Shown here: positions 1-10,308 of the stretch, piece after piece | Layout of the letters: each line of letters opens with the position of its first letter | How positions within the stretch are numbered: position 1 is the stretch's first letter | Source: an uncultured Nitrososphaerota archaeon | GTDB lineage: Archaea > Thermoproteota > Nitrososphaeria > Nitrososphaerales > CADDZS01 | Length of the DNA stretch: 64,000 nt | Direction: 5' to 3' | Assembly (NCBI GenBank): GCA_963799845.1 | Contig: CAWCYI010000004.1 | Location: 960,001-1,024,000 of the forward strand | The notes under the pieces: generated by a model | The model's input: only the letters and a program-made list of their open reading frames with translations | What the model was told of the DNA's origin: nothing | Databases searched by the model: none | Position numbers and translations under genes: made by a program

Positions 1-414
1 CCGAAATCCTCAAGCAGGTGCCTTGCGATCCGCAAGCGGGAATGGCCCGACGGGCTTCCGACCGGGAAGGCAATTATCACTGGTGGGGAAACTTGCGAGC
101 TGAGTACGTAATCCACACCGTAGGTCCAGTTTGTTGTGGAGGAGCGAAGGGTGAAAAAGAGAACTTCAGCTGCCTGCTACGAAAATTCTCTGCAACTCGC
201 GGCATCCAAAAATCTAGAGTCGATTTCGTTCCCAGCGATCAGTACTGATGCCTACGGATATCCCATTGATCTAGCATCAATTGTTGCTCTAAATTCGGTT
301 ATAGAAGGAATAGACAAGATCGGAAATCGTAGATTGAAAGAGATCCGTTTCGTCTTATTCACGGTTGGAGACTATGAATCGTATCTCGGCGCTGCGAAAT
401 CCAAGTTTCAATGA
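1..414 (+). CDS. Macro domain protein (O-acetyl-ADP-ribose deacetylase/YmdB-like), 5'-truncated by the window edge, with frameshifts
   Basis: Joining frames gives ...LPTGKAIITG-GNLRAEYVIHTVGPV...AACYENSLQLAASKNLESISFPAISTDAYGYP..., which contains the typical macro-domain motifs. Frame breaks occur near 18, 88 and 167. Confidence 0.85.
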
Positions 415-611
415 TGAATCATACGTGACGTCAGAATTTAGGTTTCAATTAATCTCCTGGGACATCAAGCCTGCCAAATGCATCTGAACTTCGTAATCCA
501 GAAAATTTACTGGTAATTAGTACCACGAATCCATTATGCTCTAATTACATTATATCCGAACTTGATTCTTACAGGATCAAGTCTCCATTGACAGTACGAA
601 TTAAAGGCATG

Positions 612-620
612 TTATTATAT
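612..620 (+). promoter_or_regulatory. Probable TATA box of the pilin operon
   Basis: TTATTATAT lies about 34 nt upstream of the GTG at 654. Confidence 0.4.
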
Positions 621-653
621 CACCGAAATACCGTGTCCCTAGGTAACTACAAA

Positions 654-1154
654 GTGAATCGTAAGATTCTCTCGAATATAGGAAAAGAGAGAAAAGCCAT
701 CTCTCCAATAATCGCGACGCTGCTCCTGATTTTGATCGCAATCGCGGCAGGGGTGGTAGTGTACGCTTACGTTATCGGTTTCATCGGCAATTCTACATCA
801 AACACAGGGGGCAATACCAGTGTACTTCAAGTTGAGAATTTCTGCGCCAGCATCAATACACACTGTACCGGATCAAATGTCTACTCGGTTGTAATCCAGA
901 ATACTGGCAGCGGTGCTTTTCCAACTGGTAACTTCCAAATATACTTCGTCGACATCACTGCTTCTGGTCAACCCACGGGTGTTGTGGCCACATGCAGTTC
1001 ATCGAATGTAAGTCCAGGATCCTCAGCGACTTGCTCGGGAAGCTCTTGGGCCGGAGTGCTTAGTCCAACTCCCAATGCAGGAGACACGATCACGGTTAAG
1101 GTCGTTACCCCTGACGGAGGAGAGGCGACGAGTAGCACGAAGGTCATATCTTAA
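654..1154 (+). CDS. Archaeal type IV pilin (class III signal peptide)
   Basis: KERKA|ISPIIATLLLILIAIAAGVVVYAYV is a PibD-type cleavage site followed by a hydrophobic helix, then an S/T/G-rich beta domain with 4 Cys. The GTG at 654 is preferred over the TTG at 588. Confidence 0.9.
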   Translation: MNRKILSNIGKERKAISPIIATLLLILIAIAAGVVVYAYVIGFIGNSTSNTGGNTSVLQVENFCASINTHCTGSNVYSVVIQNTGSGAFPTGNFQIYFVDITASGQPTGVVATCSSSNVSPGSSATCSGSSWAGVLSPTPNAGDTITVKVVTPDGGEATSSTKVIS

Positions 1155-1156
1155 AG

Positions 1157-1978
1157 GTGCATAGAAAATTGAACACAAACAAACTTTCAACAAGTAAGCG
1201 AGGAATCAGTCCGATAATCGCGACATTGCTTTTGATTCTTATCGCGATCGCGGCAGGAGTCGTAGTGTATGCCTACGTCATCGGGTTCGTAGGAAACAGC
1301 ACAGGAAATTCTGGAGGACAGGTTGCAAACCTCAGTATCGACCAGGTTACATTTGCAAGTGCGGCATCGTCGGTGCCAGCTCAGGTGTTTCTGAGAAATC
1401 AGGGGCCTGTCGCTGATTCATTTACTGCAAACTTCTTCGTAAAGTCCTCGATCCTGAACCAGCAATTGGGACCAGCAATCACAGTCAGCTGTTCCGGAGC
1501 TACTCCATGCTCTGGGGCGGGAACATCGTATACTATTCCTGCAGGACTCCAATTAACTGCTACAGGAAGTAACACTGTAACGGTGTCTCCGATCACTGCG
1601 ATTACTTGTGCAGGTTCCCCCAGTGCTTTGACGGTAAGCGTGTTCGGTCAAGCAGCTACAAACATTGAGACTTGCGCAGCGGGTACTGCAACGCCTGTTG
1701 TTGCCACTTTCACATTAGGTACAGGAGTCGTCGTGTCATCGAGTCTTGTGACTGCGGCCGGAGGCCCTGGGTCGAAGCAAATAATTTCTTCAGCTGCTTT
1801 GATCTATGGTGTAATCATCACTACGGGATCAATCACAGTGCCTGCGGGAACTGTCTTCCAGTTCAATCTTGCCCAACAGGGAGTTGGCACAAATCCACTC
1901 GTTTCGGGAACAACCTACACAATCTCTGTAACCGGTAACGACGGAGCATCGACAACGATCAGCGGCAAGTCCTCTTAG
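1157..1978 (+). CDS. Archaeal type IV pilin, second paralog (longer)
   Basis: SKRG|ISPIIATLLLILIAIAAGVVVYAYVIGF is identical to the mature N-terminus of the upstream pilin. The gene starts 2 nt after the first pilin's stop. Confidence 0.9.
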   Translation: MHRKLNTNKLSTSKRGISPIIATLLLILIAIAAGVVVYAYVIGFVGNSTGNSGGQVANLSIDQVTFASAASSVPAQVFLRNQGPVADSFTANFFVKSSILNQQLGPAITVSCSGATPCSGAGTSYTIPAGLQLTATGSNTVTVSPITAITCAGSPSALTVSVFGQAATNIETCAAGTATPVVATFTLGTGVVVSSSLVTAAGGPGSKQIISSAALIYGVIITTGSITVPAGTVFQFNLAQQGVGTNPLVSGTTYTISVTGNDGASTTISGKSS

Positions 1979-2015
1979 ATCGAGGGCCCGATTTCTTGGG
2001 CTTTCATCCTCCTCC

Positions 2016-2026
2016 TTTCTTTTTTT
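2016..2026 (+). terminator. Oligo-T archaeal terminator after the pilin pair
   Basis: A TTTCTTTTTTT tract lies about 40 nt after the stop, within a pyrimidine-rich stretch. Confidence 0.55.
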
Positions 2027-2080
2027 ATCGTAACGGACTAGAACGAGTTATTAGTCAAAGTACCGAATTCTCTGCCGTAG

Positions 2081-2923
2081 ATGTCATCGATTGTTACACT
2101 GGGCCTCGTCCAGATGTCGATGAGCGAGGACAGAGAGGAAAATCTCTCAAAAGCTCTCGGAATGATCGATGAGGCAGCTTCGAAGGGTTCTCAGGTCGTC
2201 TGCCTCCCAGAACTTTTTGCAACTCGGTATTTTCCCCAAACTGAAAAATCCAGTTTACAGCCGGAGAAGATTCCCGGTCCCACTAGTGAATTCCTCTCGA
2301 ACGCTGCAAGGAAAAACAACATAGTGCTTGTCGGCGGCTCAATCTACGAGATTGACGGGGACAAAAAGAAGTACAATACCAGCGTTGTCTTCGACGAGCA
2401 GGGCAAGTTGCTCGGGAAGTACAGAAAAGTGCACATCCCAGAGGACGAATCGTTTTACGAACAGGATTATTTTAGCTCGGGAAAATCGTACCCCACTTTC
2501 AAAACTTCTTACGGAAGGATCGGCTCGCTGATCTGCTTTGATCAGTGGTATCCGGAGGCCGCGAGAATTGAAAAGCTCCTCGGTGCGAACATTCTGTTTT
2601 ATCCCACTGCGATTGGAACTGTCCAGGGTATTGAGCAAACAGAGGGAAGCTGGCAGGACGCTTGGGAAGCAGTGCAGCGGGGTCATGCAGTTTCTAACAG
2701 CATGGTGGTCGCGGCAGTGAATCGGACCGGTAGAGAGGGTGAAATGAAATTCTGGGGCGGATCATTTGTCTACGACCAGTTTGGAGAACTTCTTGCACGA
2801 GCAGTGTCCAAAGAGCAGATCCTCGTCGTAGAATGCGATCTATCTCTTGGAGATGAAATCGAAAAGGGCTGGGGCTTTCTTCGAAACAGGATGCCCAAGA
2901 CATACACAAAGATAATCAAGTGA
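2081..2923 (+). CDS. aguB: N-carbamoylputrescine amidase (nitrilase/carbon-nitrogen hydrolase family)
   Basis: The catalytic triad motifs CLPELF, YRKVHIP and ICFDQWYPE are present, plus YPTAIG. The gene overlaps agmatine deiminase (GTGA). Confidence 0.85.
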   Translation: MSSIVTLGLVQMSMSEDREENLSKALGMIDEAASKGSQVVCLPELFATRYFPQTEKSSLQPEKIPGPTSEFLSNAARKNNIVLVGGSIYEIDGDKKKYNTSVVFDEQGKLLGKYRKVHIPEDESFYEQDYFSSGKSYPTFKTSYGRIGSLICFDQWYPEAARIEKLLGANILFYPTAIGTVQGIEQTEGSWQDAWEAVQRGHAVSNSMVVAAVNRTGREGEMKFWGGSFVYDQFGELLARAVSKEQILVVECDLSLGDEIEKGWGFLRNRMPKTYTKIIK

Positions 2924-3954
2924 AATTGCAAACGACGCCGTTTGAGCTCGGCTTTAGAATGCCGGCAGAGTGGGAGAGACATGAATCTACGTGGCTATCG
3001 TGGCCGAAGGATCCGCTGACTTTTCCTGACGACATCATAGATCGAGTCGAGCAGACCTACCTAGAGATGATTCAAGCCCTTCAAACGGGAGAGTGTGTAG
3101 ATCTACTTGTGGATGACCAGAAAACCGAGGACAGAGTGACTTCAATGCTCTCCTCCACGACAAACGTCCGGTTTCATCAGATAAGATCTCAGGACGTGTG
3201 GATCCGGGACTATGGCCCCATCTTCGTTCGAAGCTCAGGAGGAGTTGCCGTTACAAAATGGATCTTCAACGCGTGGGGCAGAAAGTACGATGAGCTCCTG
3301 AAAGACAACGAGACCGGAAAGGAAATCTGCAAAGAGTTAGGCGTTAGTGTGTTCGAGCCTGGTATAGTTCTAGAGGGAGGATCGATCGATGTTAACGGCT
3401 CAGGTTTGTGCCTGACGACGACGCAGTGCCTTCTAAACAAAAATAGAAATCCGCAATTGAGCAAACGTGAAATTGAGAAGTACCTACGCGACTTTCTTGG
3501 AGTCACGAATCCCATCTGGCTCGGGGAGGGAATTTCAGGCGATGACACGGACGGGCATGTCGATGATATTGCAAGGTTTGTACATTCGAATAAGATAGTT
3601 TGCATGATCGAGGATGATCCCTCTGATGAAAATTACGAGGCACTAAAGGGAAATTTGAAGACGCTCGAGAATGCGATAACCTCTGATGGAACTCCTCTGG
3701 AAGTTGTTCTTCTAAAGATGCCTGGAAAAGTCGAAAACTCCGAAGGCAAACTTCCAGCCAGCTACGCAAATTTCTACATCGGAAACGACGTCGTGCTGGT
3801 GCCGGTTTTTGGAGACAAGAATGATGCCGCAGCATTATCAACTTTAGCGGAGGTTTTTCCCCAGAGGAAAATCGTCGGAATAAACTGCAGGGAACTTGTC
3901 TCCGGCTTCGGGGCAATCCACTGCGTGACTCAGCAACAACCCGCGTTGAGTTAA
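2920..3954 (+). CDS. aguA: Agmatine deiminase
   Basis: Motifs RMPAEWE, WIRDYGP, LEGGSID, DDTDGHVD, ASYANF and GAIHCVTQQQP. Confidence 0.95.
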   Translation: MKLQTTPFELGFRMPAEWERHESTWLSWPKDPLTFPDDIIDRVEQTYLEMIQALQTGECVDLLVDDQKTEDRVTSMLSSTTNVRFHQIRSQDVWIRDYGPIFVRSSGGVAVTKWIFNAWGRKYDELLKDNETGKEICKELGVSVFEPGIVLEGGSIDVNGSGLCLTTTQCLLNKNRNPQLSKREIEKYLRDFLGVTNPIWLGEGISGDDTDGHVDDIARFVHSNKIVCMIEDDPSDENYEALKGNLKTLENAITSDGTPLEVVLLKMPGKVENSEGKLPASYANFYIGNDVVLVPVFGDKNDAAALSTLAEVFPQRKIVGINCRELVSGFGAIHCVTQQQPALS

Positions 3955-4060
3955 TGAAACTCCTAAATCATGGTTCTATGCTAATCAACTTCATTGGAAA
4001 CCTGTCCCGGCGATGGAAACAGCCGAGTCGGGCAACGGCAAGAAATAGAGTGCTCATATC

Positions 4061-5224
4061 GTGAAGATCGACTACAGCAAGCATTGGGATCGAGTGAAAT
4101 TCTGGAAGGATGTCGTAGAAAGAACCGACAGCTTCCTCGGCTCGTCGCCACCGGCGGTATTCATCGGCAGCAGTTTCTATCCCAAGGTCAACATCGGAGT
4201 TCTGTCTCCGCCTAACAGGGAGGAAAACGCGGGCATACTAGACGATCCGGAATCCTGGTACGCCCAGAGGTCGAGTCTCGGCGACATCCTAGACTACCGC
4301 AGCCGGATGATCTTCTCCCGCTCGCACGTGGACGATGTTGCAAGACCGGTCAGCAAGATTCTGGATTCGATGCAGGAGCTCGCGATTAGTTCAAAATCTC
4401 TGGACGTCGAGATCAAATTATCGAAAAAACCTTCCTTCGCCTTTGAATTCGACCAGCACGCATCCCCCATAGGAAATCCTGCGCCGGTTGAAAAGATCAG
4501 GGTCGTTGACAACGCGACAGTTCCGCGTGAGGTCGATGGGGTAATCAGTGACACGGACATGAAGACCGAAGACGCGCTGAGGTATCTCAGGGGAAATGTC
4601 CCGATATACCAGATCTCGAAGATTCTTTCCGTCGGAATGCTCGGTGTCAAAAGCGAGCGGCGCATCGTCCCGACAAGGTGGTCGATAACTGCGGTTGACA
4701 GCAACATGGGAAACCTGATTTTGAAAGAGGTGAAGGGCTACGACGAGATCGACAAGCCGCTTCTGTACCGCAACGAGTACCTTTACAACGACTACCAGAT
4801 CCTTCTCCTTCCAAGGAAATATCAGTACCAGCTCGTCGAGATAGATCTGACGGAATCTATGGACGCGCCGACGGTCGGCTCGGATCATGAACCCCACTTT
4901 GGTCGGAAGATGTACGCTAAGGAGACGGCCGGAGGTTTTTACGCGGCGAGGTTATCTGCCTTGGAAGGTCTCAGCAAAATGAGGAGGCAGGCAACCGTGC
5001 TTATTGTTCGCGAAGTAAAGCCCGAATACACTGTGCCGGTCGGAGTCTGGGAAGTCCGGGAGACCGTCAAGGGAGCCTTTGACAAACCGCCGATAAAGTT
5101 TGAAACCGAGGAGGAGGGTTTCGCGGCGATATCCCATCATGCAATAACGCGAGACCTCTGGAAGTCAAAAAGCAGTTTGTTCCACTCTCTTCGAGAGCAG
5201 ATGGAGATCCGCAAGTTCTTCTAG
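4061..5224 (+). CDS. nreA: Nre-family DNA repair protein (PCNA-interacting)
   Basis: Motifs GSSPPAVFIG, RRIVPTRWSITAVD, GGFYAARL and PVGVWEVRE, with a C-terminal PIP box QMEIRKFF. Confidence 0.9.
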   Translation: MKIDYSKHWDRVKFWKDVVERTDSFLGSSPPAVFIGSSFYPKVNIGVLSPPNREENAGILDDPESWYAQRSSLGDILDYRSRMIFSRSHVDDVARPVSKILDSMQELAISSKSLDVEIKLSKKPSFAFEFDQHASPIGNPAPVEKIRVVDNATVPREVDGVISDTDMKTEDALRYLRGNVPIYQISKILSVGMLGVKSERRIVPTRWSITAVDSNMGNLILKEVKGYDEIDKPLLYRNEYLYNDYQILLLPRKYQYQLVEIDLTESMDAPTVGSDHEPHFGRKMYAKETAGGFYAARLSALEGLSKMRRQATVLIVREVKPEYTVPVGVWEVRETVKGAFDKPPIKFETEEEGFAAISHHAITRDLWKSKSSLFHSLREQMEIRKFF

Positions 5225-5525
5225 AGATGTCCTGATTTGCCTCCAAGAGCTCGAAGATCGTTCTCGTCTCTCGAATTCAGAGCGAGCGTTTTGAAGGCAG
5301 TCTGCAATTCAGGAAGTTAGAGTCCATCTATTCCCGCCGATTATTGGGAACTAATCCTCTTGGATATGTCGCTTTGCGATATAGCATTATCAGATTTTTT
5401 TCGTAGCCGTAATTCATCTGGCTTAAATCAAACTATTCCGTTAATATTTCGAATGCAAATTTAGGAATTATTCCACCGAGGATCTTGTTAAAACAACTTT
5501 CAAGATCGTCCGCGATAATATCCTA

Positions 5526-5720
5526 GTGGCCGTTGTAATTATCCCCATTCTTTATGTCGTATTCTTTGGTGAGGTTGCAAATTTTGTTTTGGGCTCATTT
5601 TCTATCCAAATATTCGAAGACATTACAATAGGCATTTTCTTGTGGGTCATATTCTTTGGAATAGTTTTGGGTAGCCATGGCCTGGACAAGATTCAAGGAA
5701 AATTAAACAAACACCTCTAG
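5526..5720 (+). CDS. Small hypothetical membrane protein (2 TM)
   Basis: 64-aa ORF with two hydrophobic stretches in an AT-rich patch. Confidence 0.4.
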   Translation: MAVVIIPILYVVFFGEVANFVLGSFSIQIFEDITIGIFLWVIFFGIVLGSHGLDKIQGKLNKHL

Positions 5721-5831
5721 CTACAGAAAAGGATCCTTTGCGTGAAAGAGATTGTCGCGAATAGGAATATTTTTGGTTCCTAACAAAAATAAACCAAGAA
5801 TTCATCGAATACATCCTAGAGATCGGCAATC

Positions 5832-6347
5832 ATGAATCCCATTTCAAGGTGGTGGCTAGATCACCGCCAGAGGGTAGCAAGATCTTTCATCCATAACTCT
5901 GTTGTAGTTGACTGCGGTGCTCGTACTGAAAAAATCATTCCAGACGCGATAGGTTTCGACGTAGTCAAAGGCTCAGATCTCGTCGCGGATGCCTGTTATC
6001 TTCCATTCCGCAACAGCTCGATGGATACAATTGTTGCGTGCGAACTTATCGAACACATGAATTTCAAGGAAATAGAGGCCTATATCACCGAAGCCCGTCG
6101 TACCTCCAGTCACCTAGTTATCTCAACTCCGAACGCAGATTCTACGTCCTGGAATGTCTTTTGGTATTTTTGGCAGAGGACTGTTGGACGGCCCTGGCGA
6201 CACGCCCATATCGCTCTGTACTGCTCCGAGTTCCTCGATTCCTTCTTCACCCAGCACGGATGGCGAATCAACAAGTTTGTGAAGACCCGCTGGTCGCTAT
6301 TCTACGATCTGGTTTCTGACGGCAATGCCGCTATGGCGAGAAGTTAG
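5832..6347 (+). CDS. Class I SAM-dependent methyltransferase (type 11-like)
   Basis: Motifs VVDCGA, ADACYLPFRNSSMDTIVACELIEH and ISTPN. Confidence 0.8.
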   Translation: MNPISRWWLDHRQRVARSFIHNSVVVDCGARTEKIIPDAIGFDVVKGSDLVADACYLPFRNSSMDTIVACELIEHMNFKEIEAYITEARRTSSHLVISTPNADSTSWNVFWYFWQRTVGRPWRHAHIALYCSEFLDSFFTQHGWRINKFVKTRWSLFYDLVSDGNAAMARS

Positions 6348-6544
6348 CGGGAATATTCAGGAGTCAGATCAAGGGCTTCGAGGAATGCCTTGGCCTGCCG
6401 CTCTCTTACACACATCGGAAGTTTTCAATGGTCCATATCTGAGAATTTCTTTCGCGTTTTCGCAACCGCGTTATCGCTTTCACTCGATATTCACGAGTGC
6501 GACCAGCTAAAGATAGCGAAACCAAAAGGGCACAATTCTTAATA

Positions 6545-6577
6545 GTTACAGTAATATTACTGTAATATTACAGTAAT
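6545..6577. repeat. Three tandem 11-bp self-complementary units (ATTACWGTAAT)
   Basis: GTTACAGTAAT-ATTACTGTAAT-ATTACAGTAAT forms overlapping perfect palindromes of 20 and 22 bp. Confidence 0.85.
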
Positions 6578-6606
6578 ATCGCTAATCTTCATAAGAGGAT
6601 GTTGAC

Positions 6607-6873
6607 TTGTTGGCAAGACGCGTTCGCCGTCGGCGGTTGTCTAGGAAAATGGCAGGCGGGATAGCTTTCATAGTCGCGAGCCTTGTTGGTGGGTTTGTCT
6701 CAAGCGTCGGAACAGACGTGTACCATTCTCTCAGGAACGAGTTCTCCAACCAGTCTGGACTTCCTTTGAGCTTTCCACAAGTAATCTTTCTTATCATCGG
6801 CATCGCCGGGCTCGGGCTCATGCTCTCTGGATTGATGGATACCAGTAAGCCCAGGGCAAGAAGAAGGTCGTGA
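6607..6873 (+). CDS. Small hypothetical membrane protein with basic termini
   Basis: 88 aa with an Arg-rich N-terminus, two hydrophobic helices and an Arg-rich tail. GAGGA lies upstream. Confidence 0.55.
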   Translation: MLARRVRRRRLSRKMAGGIAFIVASLVGGFVSSVGTDVYHSLRNEFSNQSGLPLSFPQVIFLIIGIAGLGLMLSGLMDTSKPRARRRS

Positions 6874-6938
6874 GTGCATAGCGTATCCTTAATGCTTTAA
6901 TATTTAATTTCCTAACTGTTTTAGCTTGTTCTAATTTC

Positions 6939-8690
6939 TTGCAGTACAAATGGACGGCTTTATCAAACACGACGATCGGCGCGCTGTTGGCGTCGCTCGA
7001 CGGGACTATAGTTCTGATTTCTCTCCCCGCGATCTTTAATGGGATCAAGATCGATCCGCTCGCTCCGGGCTCCTTCCAGTATCTGCTGTGGATTTTATTC
7101 GGTTACAGCGTCGTTACCTCTACCGTCCTCGTTACCTTCGGCCGCATCTCCGACATTTTCGGAAGGGTCCGGCTGTTCAACCTGGGGTTTGCAATATTCA
7201 CCGTGGGTTCGTTTCTCTGCTTTGCCGTGCCGAGCTCGGGGACAAACGGCGCGATCGAGCTCATCATTTTCAGAATCGTTCAGGGTATTGGGGGAGCGTT
7301 CCTCTTTGCGAACGGGGCGGCGATAATCACAGACGCATTCCCGGAGAACGAACGCGGCCAGGCCCTCGGCATCAACATGGTATCCATTCTGGCCGGGTCG
7401 TTGATCGGATTGATAGCCGGCGGGATTCTCGCCACATACAACTGGCGGCTCATCTTCCTGGTCAGCGTGCCCATCGGGATTTTCGGTACCGTTTGGTCTT
7501 ACGCGAAGCTGAAGGAGGTAGGCGCGATAAGGCGAAATCAGAAACTTGACATCTGGGGTAATGCGACCTTCGGCGTCGGTCTGACGCTCCTTCTGGTCGC
7601 GGTCACGTACGGGCTCTCCCCGTACGGAAATGCGCCGACTGGCTGGGGAGATCCGTGGGTGATAGGGTGCCTCGTCGGCGGGACGGCGCTTCTACTTGGT
7701 TTCATCTTTATCGAGACAAAGACCGTCGACCCCATGTTCCGGCTCGATCTTTTCAAGAACAGACAGTTTGCCGCGTCCAACTTTGCCGGATTGCTCTCGG
7801 CAATTTCCAGGGGTGGAGTACAACTTATGTTGATCATACTCCTGCAGGGCATCTGGCTTCCCCTCCACGGTTACAGCTACGCTTCCACGCCGTTCTGGTC
7901 CGGGATCTTCCTCGTCCCGATGCTCGTGGGGTTCGTCATCATGGGGCCGATCGGGGGGCGGTTTTCAGACAAACACGGCGCCAAGCTGTTTGCGACGACC
8001 GGGATGGCAATCTCGGCAGTCAGTCTGATCGCTCTTTCGCTTCTGCCGTTCAACTTTGAATTTACAGAGTTTGCCGTGATCCTGCTGGTTTTCGGTATCG
8101 GTGCAGGGATGTTTGTCTCTCCGAACACGGCGGCGATCATGAACTCGCTGCCGCCGGAGCACCGCGGTGTCGGCTCGGGGATGAGAGCAACTCTGCAGAA
8201 CGTCGGTCAGACGATGAGCCTCGCGGTATTCTTCACGATAGTCTTGGGGGCCCTATCATCCAGTCTGCCCGGCGCGATCTCTGCCGCGCTGCAAAATGCA
8301 GGGGCTTCGCAGCTGATACCGGCGTTCAACCACCTCTCGCCCTCTTCCGCGCTCTTTGCAACATTCCTTGGATACAACCCCGTCCAGAGCTTGCTCGCGG
8401 CGCTGCCGGCATCCACTGTCGCTGCCATCCCGGCTGCGACGAAAACGCTCTTGCTTGGTACCACGTTCTTTCCAAATGCAATCGCTCCCGCTTTCATTTC
8501 CGCGCTGAGGATAGCTTTCTACATCGGAGCGGCGCTGTCTGCAATCGCGGCGGTTACTTCCTCGCTGAGGGGAGATGCAAAGCCTCGGCCGCGAATCAAG
8601 CCAATGTTGGAAGCTCCTCGGGTAAGCGCTAAACAAGCTGTTCTTCCTTCCAGCGAGCCAGCGGCTACTCAACCCGACGGAGCAAAGTGA
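6939..8690 (+). CDS. MFS drug:H+ antiporter (DHA2/EmrB-like, 14 TM)
   Basis: Motifs [24 protein letters not shown] and ERGQALG, with many TM helices. Confidence 0.92.
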   Translation: MQYKWTALSNTTIGALLASLDGTIVLISLPAIFNGIKIDPLAPGSFQYLLWILFGYSVVTSTVLVTFGRISDIFGRVRLFNLGFAIFTVGSFLCFAVPSSGTNGAIELIIFRIVQGIGGAFLFANGAAIITDAFPENERGQALGINMVSILAGSLIGLIAGGILATYNWRLIFLVSVPIGIFGTVWSYAKLKEVGAIRRNQKLDIWGNATFGVGLTLLLVAVTYGLSPYGNAPTGWGDPWVIGCLVGGTALLLGFIFIETKTVDPMFRLDLFKNRQFAASNFAGLLSAISRGGVQLMLIILLQGIWLPLHGYSYASTPFWSGIFLVPMLVGFVIMGPIGGRFSDKHGAKLFATTGMAISAVSLIALSLLPFNFEFTEFAVILLVFGIGAGMFVSPNTAAIMNSLPPEHRGVGSGMRATLQNVGQTMSLAVFFTIVLGALSSSLPGAISAALQNAGASQLIPAFNHLSPSSALFATFLGYNPVQSLLAALPASTVAAIPAATKTLLLGTTFFPNAIAPAFISALRIAFYIGAALSAIAAVTSSLRGDAKPRPRIKPMLEAPRVSAKQAVLPSSEPAATQPDGAK

Positions 8691-8693
8691 GCA

Positions 8694-9157
8694 TTGTCAG
8701 TCAAGCGAGTCGAGTTATCGAAGGATCGAGTGGAGCTCTGGCGCGGGATATCTGATGCCTGGCGGCAGGTGCATCGCGAGGGCGAAAAAAATATCTCGAG
8801 GCTCGGGATTTGCACGACGGAGTTTCGGATTCTCCGCTTTCTTCACGAGACAGGACCGATGCCAATGGCAAAGCTCTCCGGCGATACTGGAATGAGCCAG
8901 CCCGCGATTACGGGTTTGATCGACAAGCTTGAAAGTCACGGCCTCGTCAAGAGAGACAGGGACAGCAAAGATCGTCGGATCATAAACATCGCAATTACAT
9001 CAAAGGGCGAGTCACTATTTCGGCGTGGTCTCAGGATGCACAGGCGGTTTGTCAAGGGCTCGCTGGCAGCATTGAGTGATTCGGAGCTTTTCAGCTGACT
9101 TCGATGATGAAGAAAGTTGCTGAGGCCGGTTCGATTTCGAGTCTTCGAACCGGTTGA
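8694..9157 (+). CDS. MarR family transcriptional regulator (frame break at TCAGCTGA 9091-9098)
   Basis: Winged-helix motifs ITGLIDKLESHGLV and DRRIINIAITSKG. The C-terminal helix ...TSMMKKVAEAG continues in another frame to a TGA at 9155-9157. Confidence 0.85.
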
Positions 9158-9479
9158 TGGATCGAAGGTCTGCGGGTACTGAATGAACTTGAACTATCAA
9201 GACCTGCTTTTTTGCCAAGCTACTCAAGTCAGTCGGACTTGGGTGTTACTCACCGAAGCCGCCGAAGGTGGTTGGGGCTCGCGGGCACGGCTTTTGGTCG
9301 TGAGGAGTTTGCGGTCGATGAAGCTGCGATGAATCTGATTCAGAAATTTATCCGAGCAAGTACCATATCAATGGACACTCTGCCTCATCTTGTGGGAACA
9401 TCGACATGCGACCGGGGAATACAATATCGACAACAGAAGATCCGGACGAGCTAGTCGAATCTCCATCATCGCAACTCTA

Positions 9480-10127
9480 CTAGAACCCTATAGGCTCGCG
9501 GATGAGCACTAGCGTTATCCTACCGGGACGTTCGCCGTTGATTATCAGGATCTTCCCGAGAAAGGACGGACTGTTCCTCGTTTCGTGCATTCGGGCATCC
9601 TCGAGGGGATAACTGTATGTCTCCAGTCGACGCAAACCAGTATCAAGATCCGGAACCAATTTTTGCGAGCCAACCACCCAGATCACTTTCTCGGCCGATG
9701 CCGCATAAGGACCGAGCTGGTTTCCAGAACCGGACGCTACGAGGACCTGCCCCGCCTCCGTCACGGCATGCACGCTTCCGACGATTACGTCCGGCGCAGC
9801 ACCGAGTTTCACTCTTTCTCGGAACTGTGTTTGTGGATCCATCTTGTCAAGTTCCCTTCGCAAAGATTTGTATCTCGATCCAACGCCATTGATATCTTGA
9901 TCTAAGCCAGAAAGCCTGACAGTTTCGCTCAAAGAAGTGAATACCGTCTTGTCGAGAGGAAGTATAGTGTTCACAAGTGAACGAGCTTCGGTCGACGATC
10001 CGACTATTTGGACCGTGAAGCCGCGGTGCCTCAGAGAACCAGCAGCCACCTGGATTTGTTTCTCTGTTGCCGGTTTAGAGAAACGATAATCAATAGGGAT
10101 TCCGTATTTTGTCCTAATTTCAAGCAT
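9480..10127 (-). CDS. LUD-domain (LutC/YkgG-like) protein
   Basis: Motifs GSVHAVTEAGQVLVASGSGNQL, VIWVVGSQKLVPD and KILII. The start is uncertain (ATG 10127 or an upstream TTG). Confidence 0.8.
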   Translation of the reverse strand: MLEIRTKYGIPIDYRFSKPATEKQIQVAAGSLRHRGFTVQIVGSSTEARSLVNTILPLDKTVFTSLSETVRLSGLDQDINGVGSRYKSLRRELDKMDPQTQFRERVKLGAAPDVIVGSVHAVTEAGQVLVASGSGNQLGPYAASAEKVIWVVGSQKLVPDLDTGLRRLETYSYPLEDARMHETRNSPSFLGKILIINGERPGRITLVLIREPIGF

Positions 10128-10308
10128 ATTTTCTTGATTTTCAAGGTTTTTTTCTTTTTGCGCTTGTTCTTGTTGCGTCAATTCTACACAGACAAGGTAT
10201 GTATCGGGCGAGCAATATAATAGTATTGCACGTCCAATAACCCCTTTTACTGTGGTTGGAAGATAGAAGGATGGAAGTACGATGTCTGGATCGAAATCGA
10301 ACCTCTGG

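Noticed and set aside
654-1978. Archaellins or a diversity-generating/recombination cassette
   Set aside because: No arl accessory genes, reverse transcriptase or recombinase are present, and the shared N-termini differ at synonymous sites, so they are not a recent DNA repeat.
9126-9153. CCGGTTCGA...TCGAACCGG inverted repeat
   Set aside because: It overlaps the probable MarR 3' end and lacks a T-tract, so no function can be assigned.
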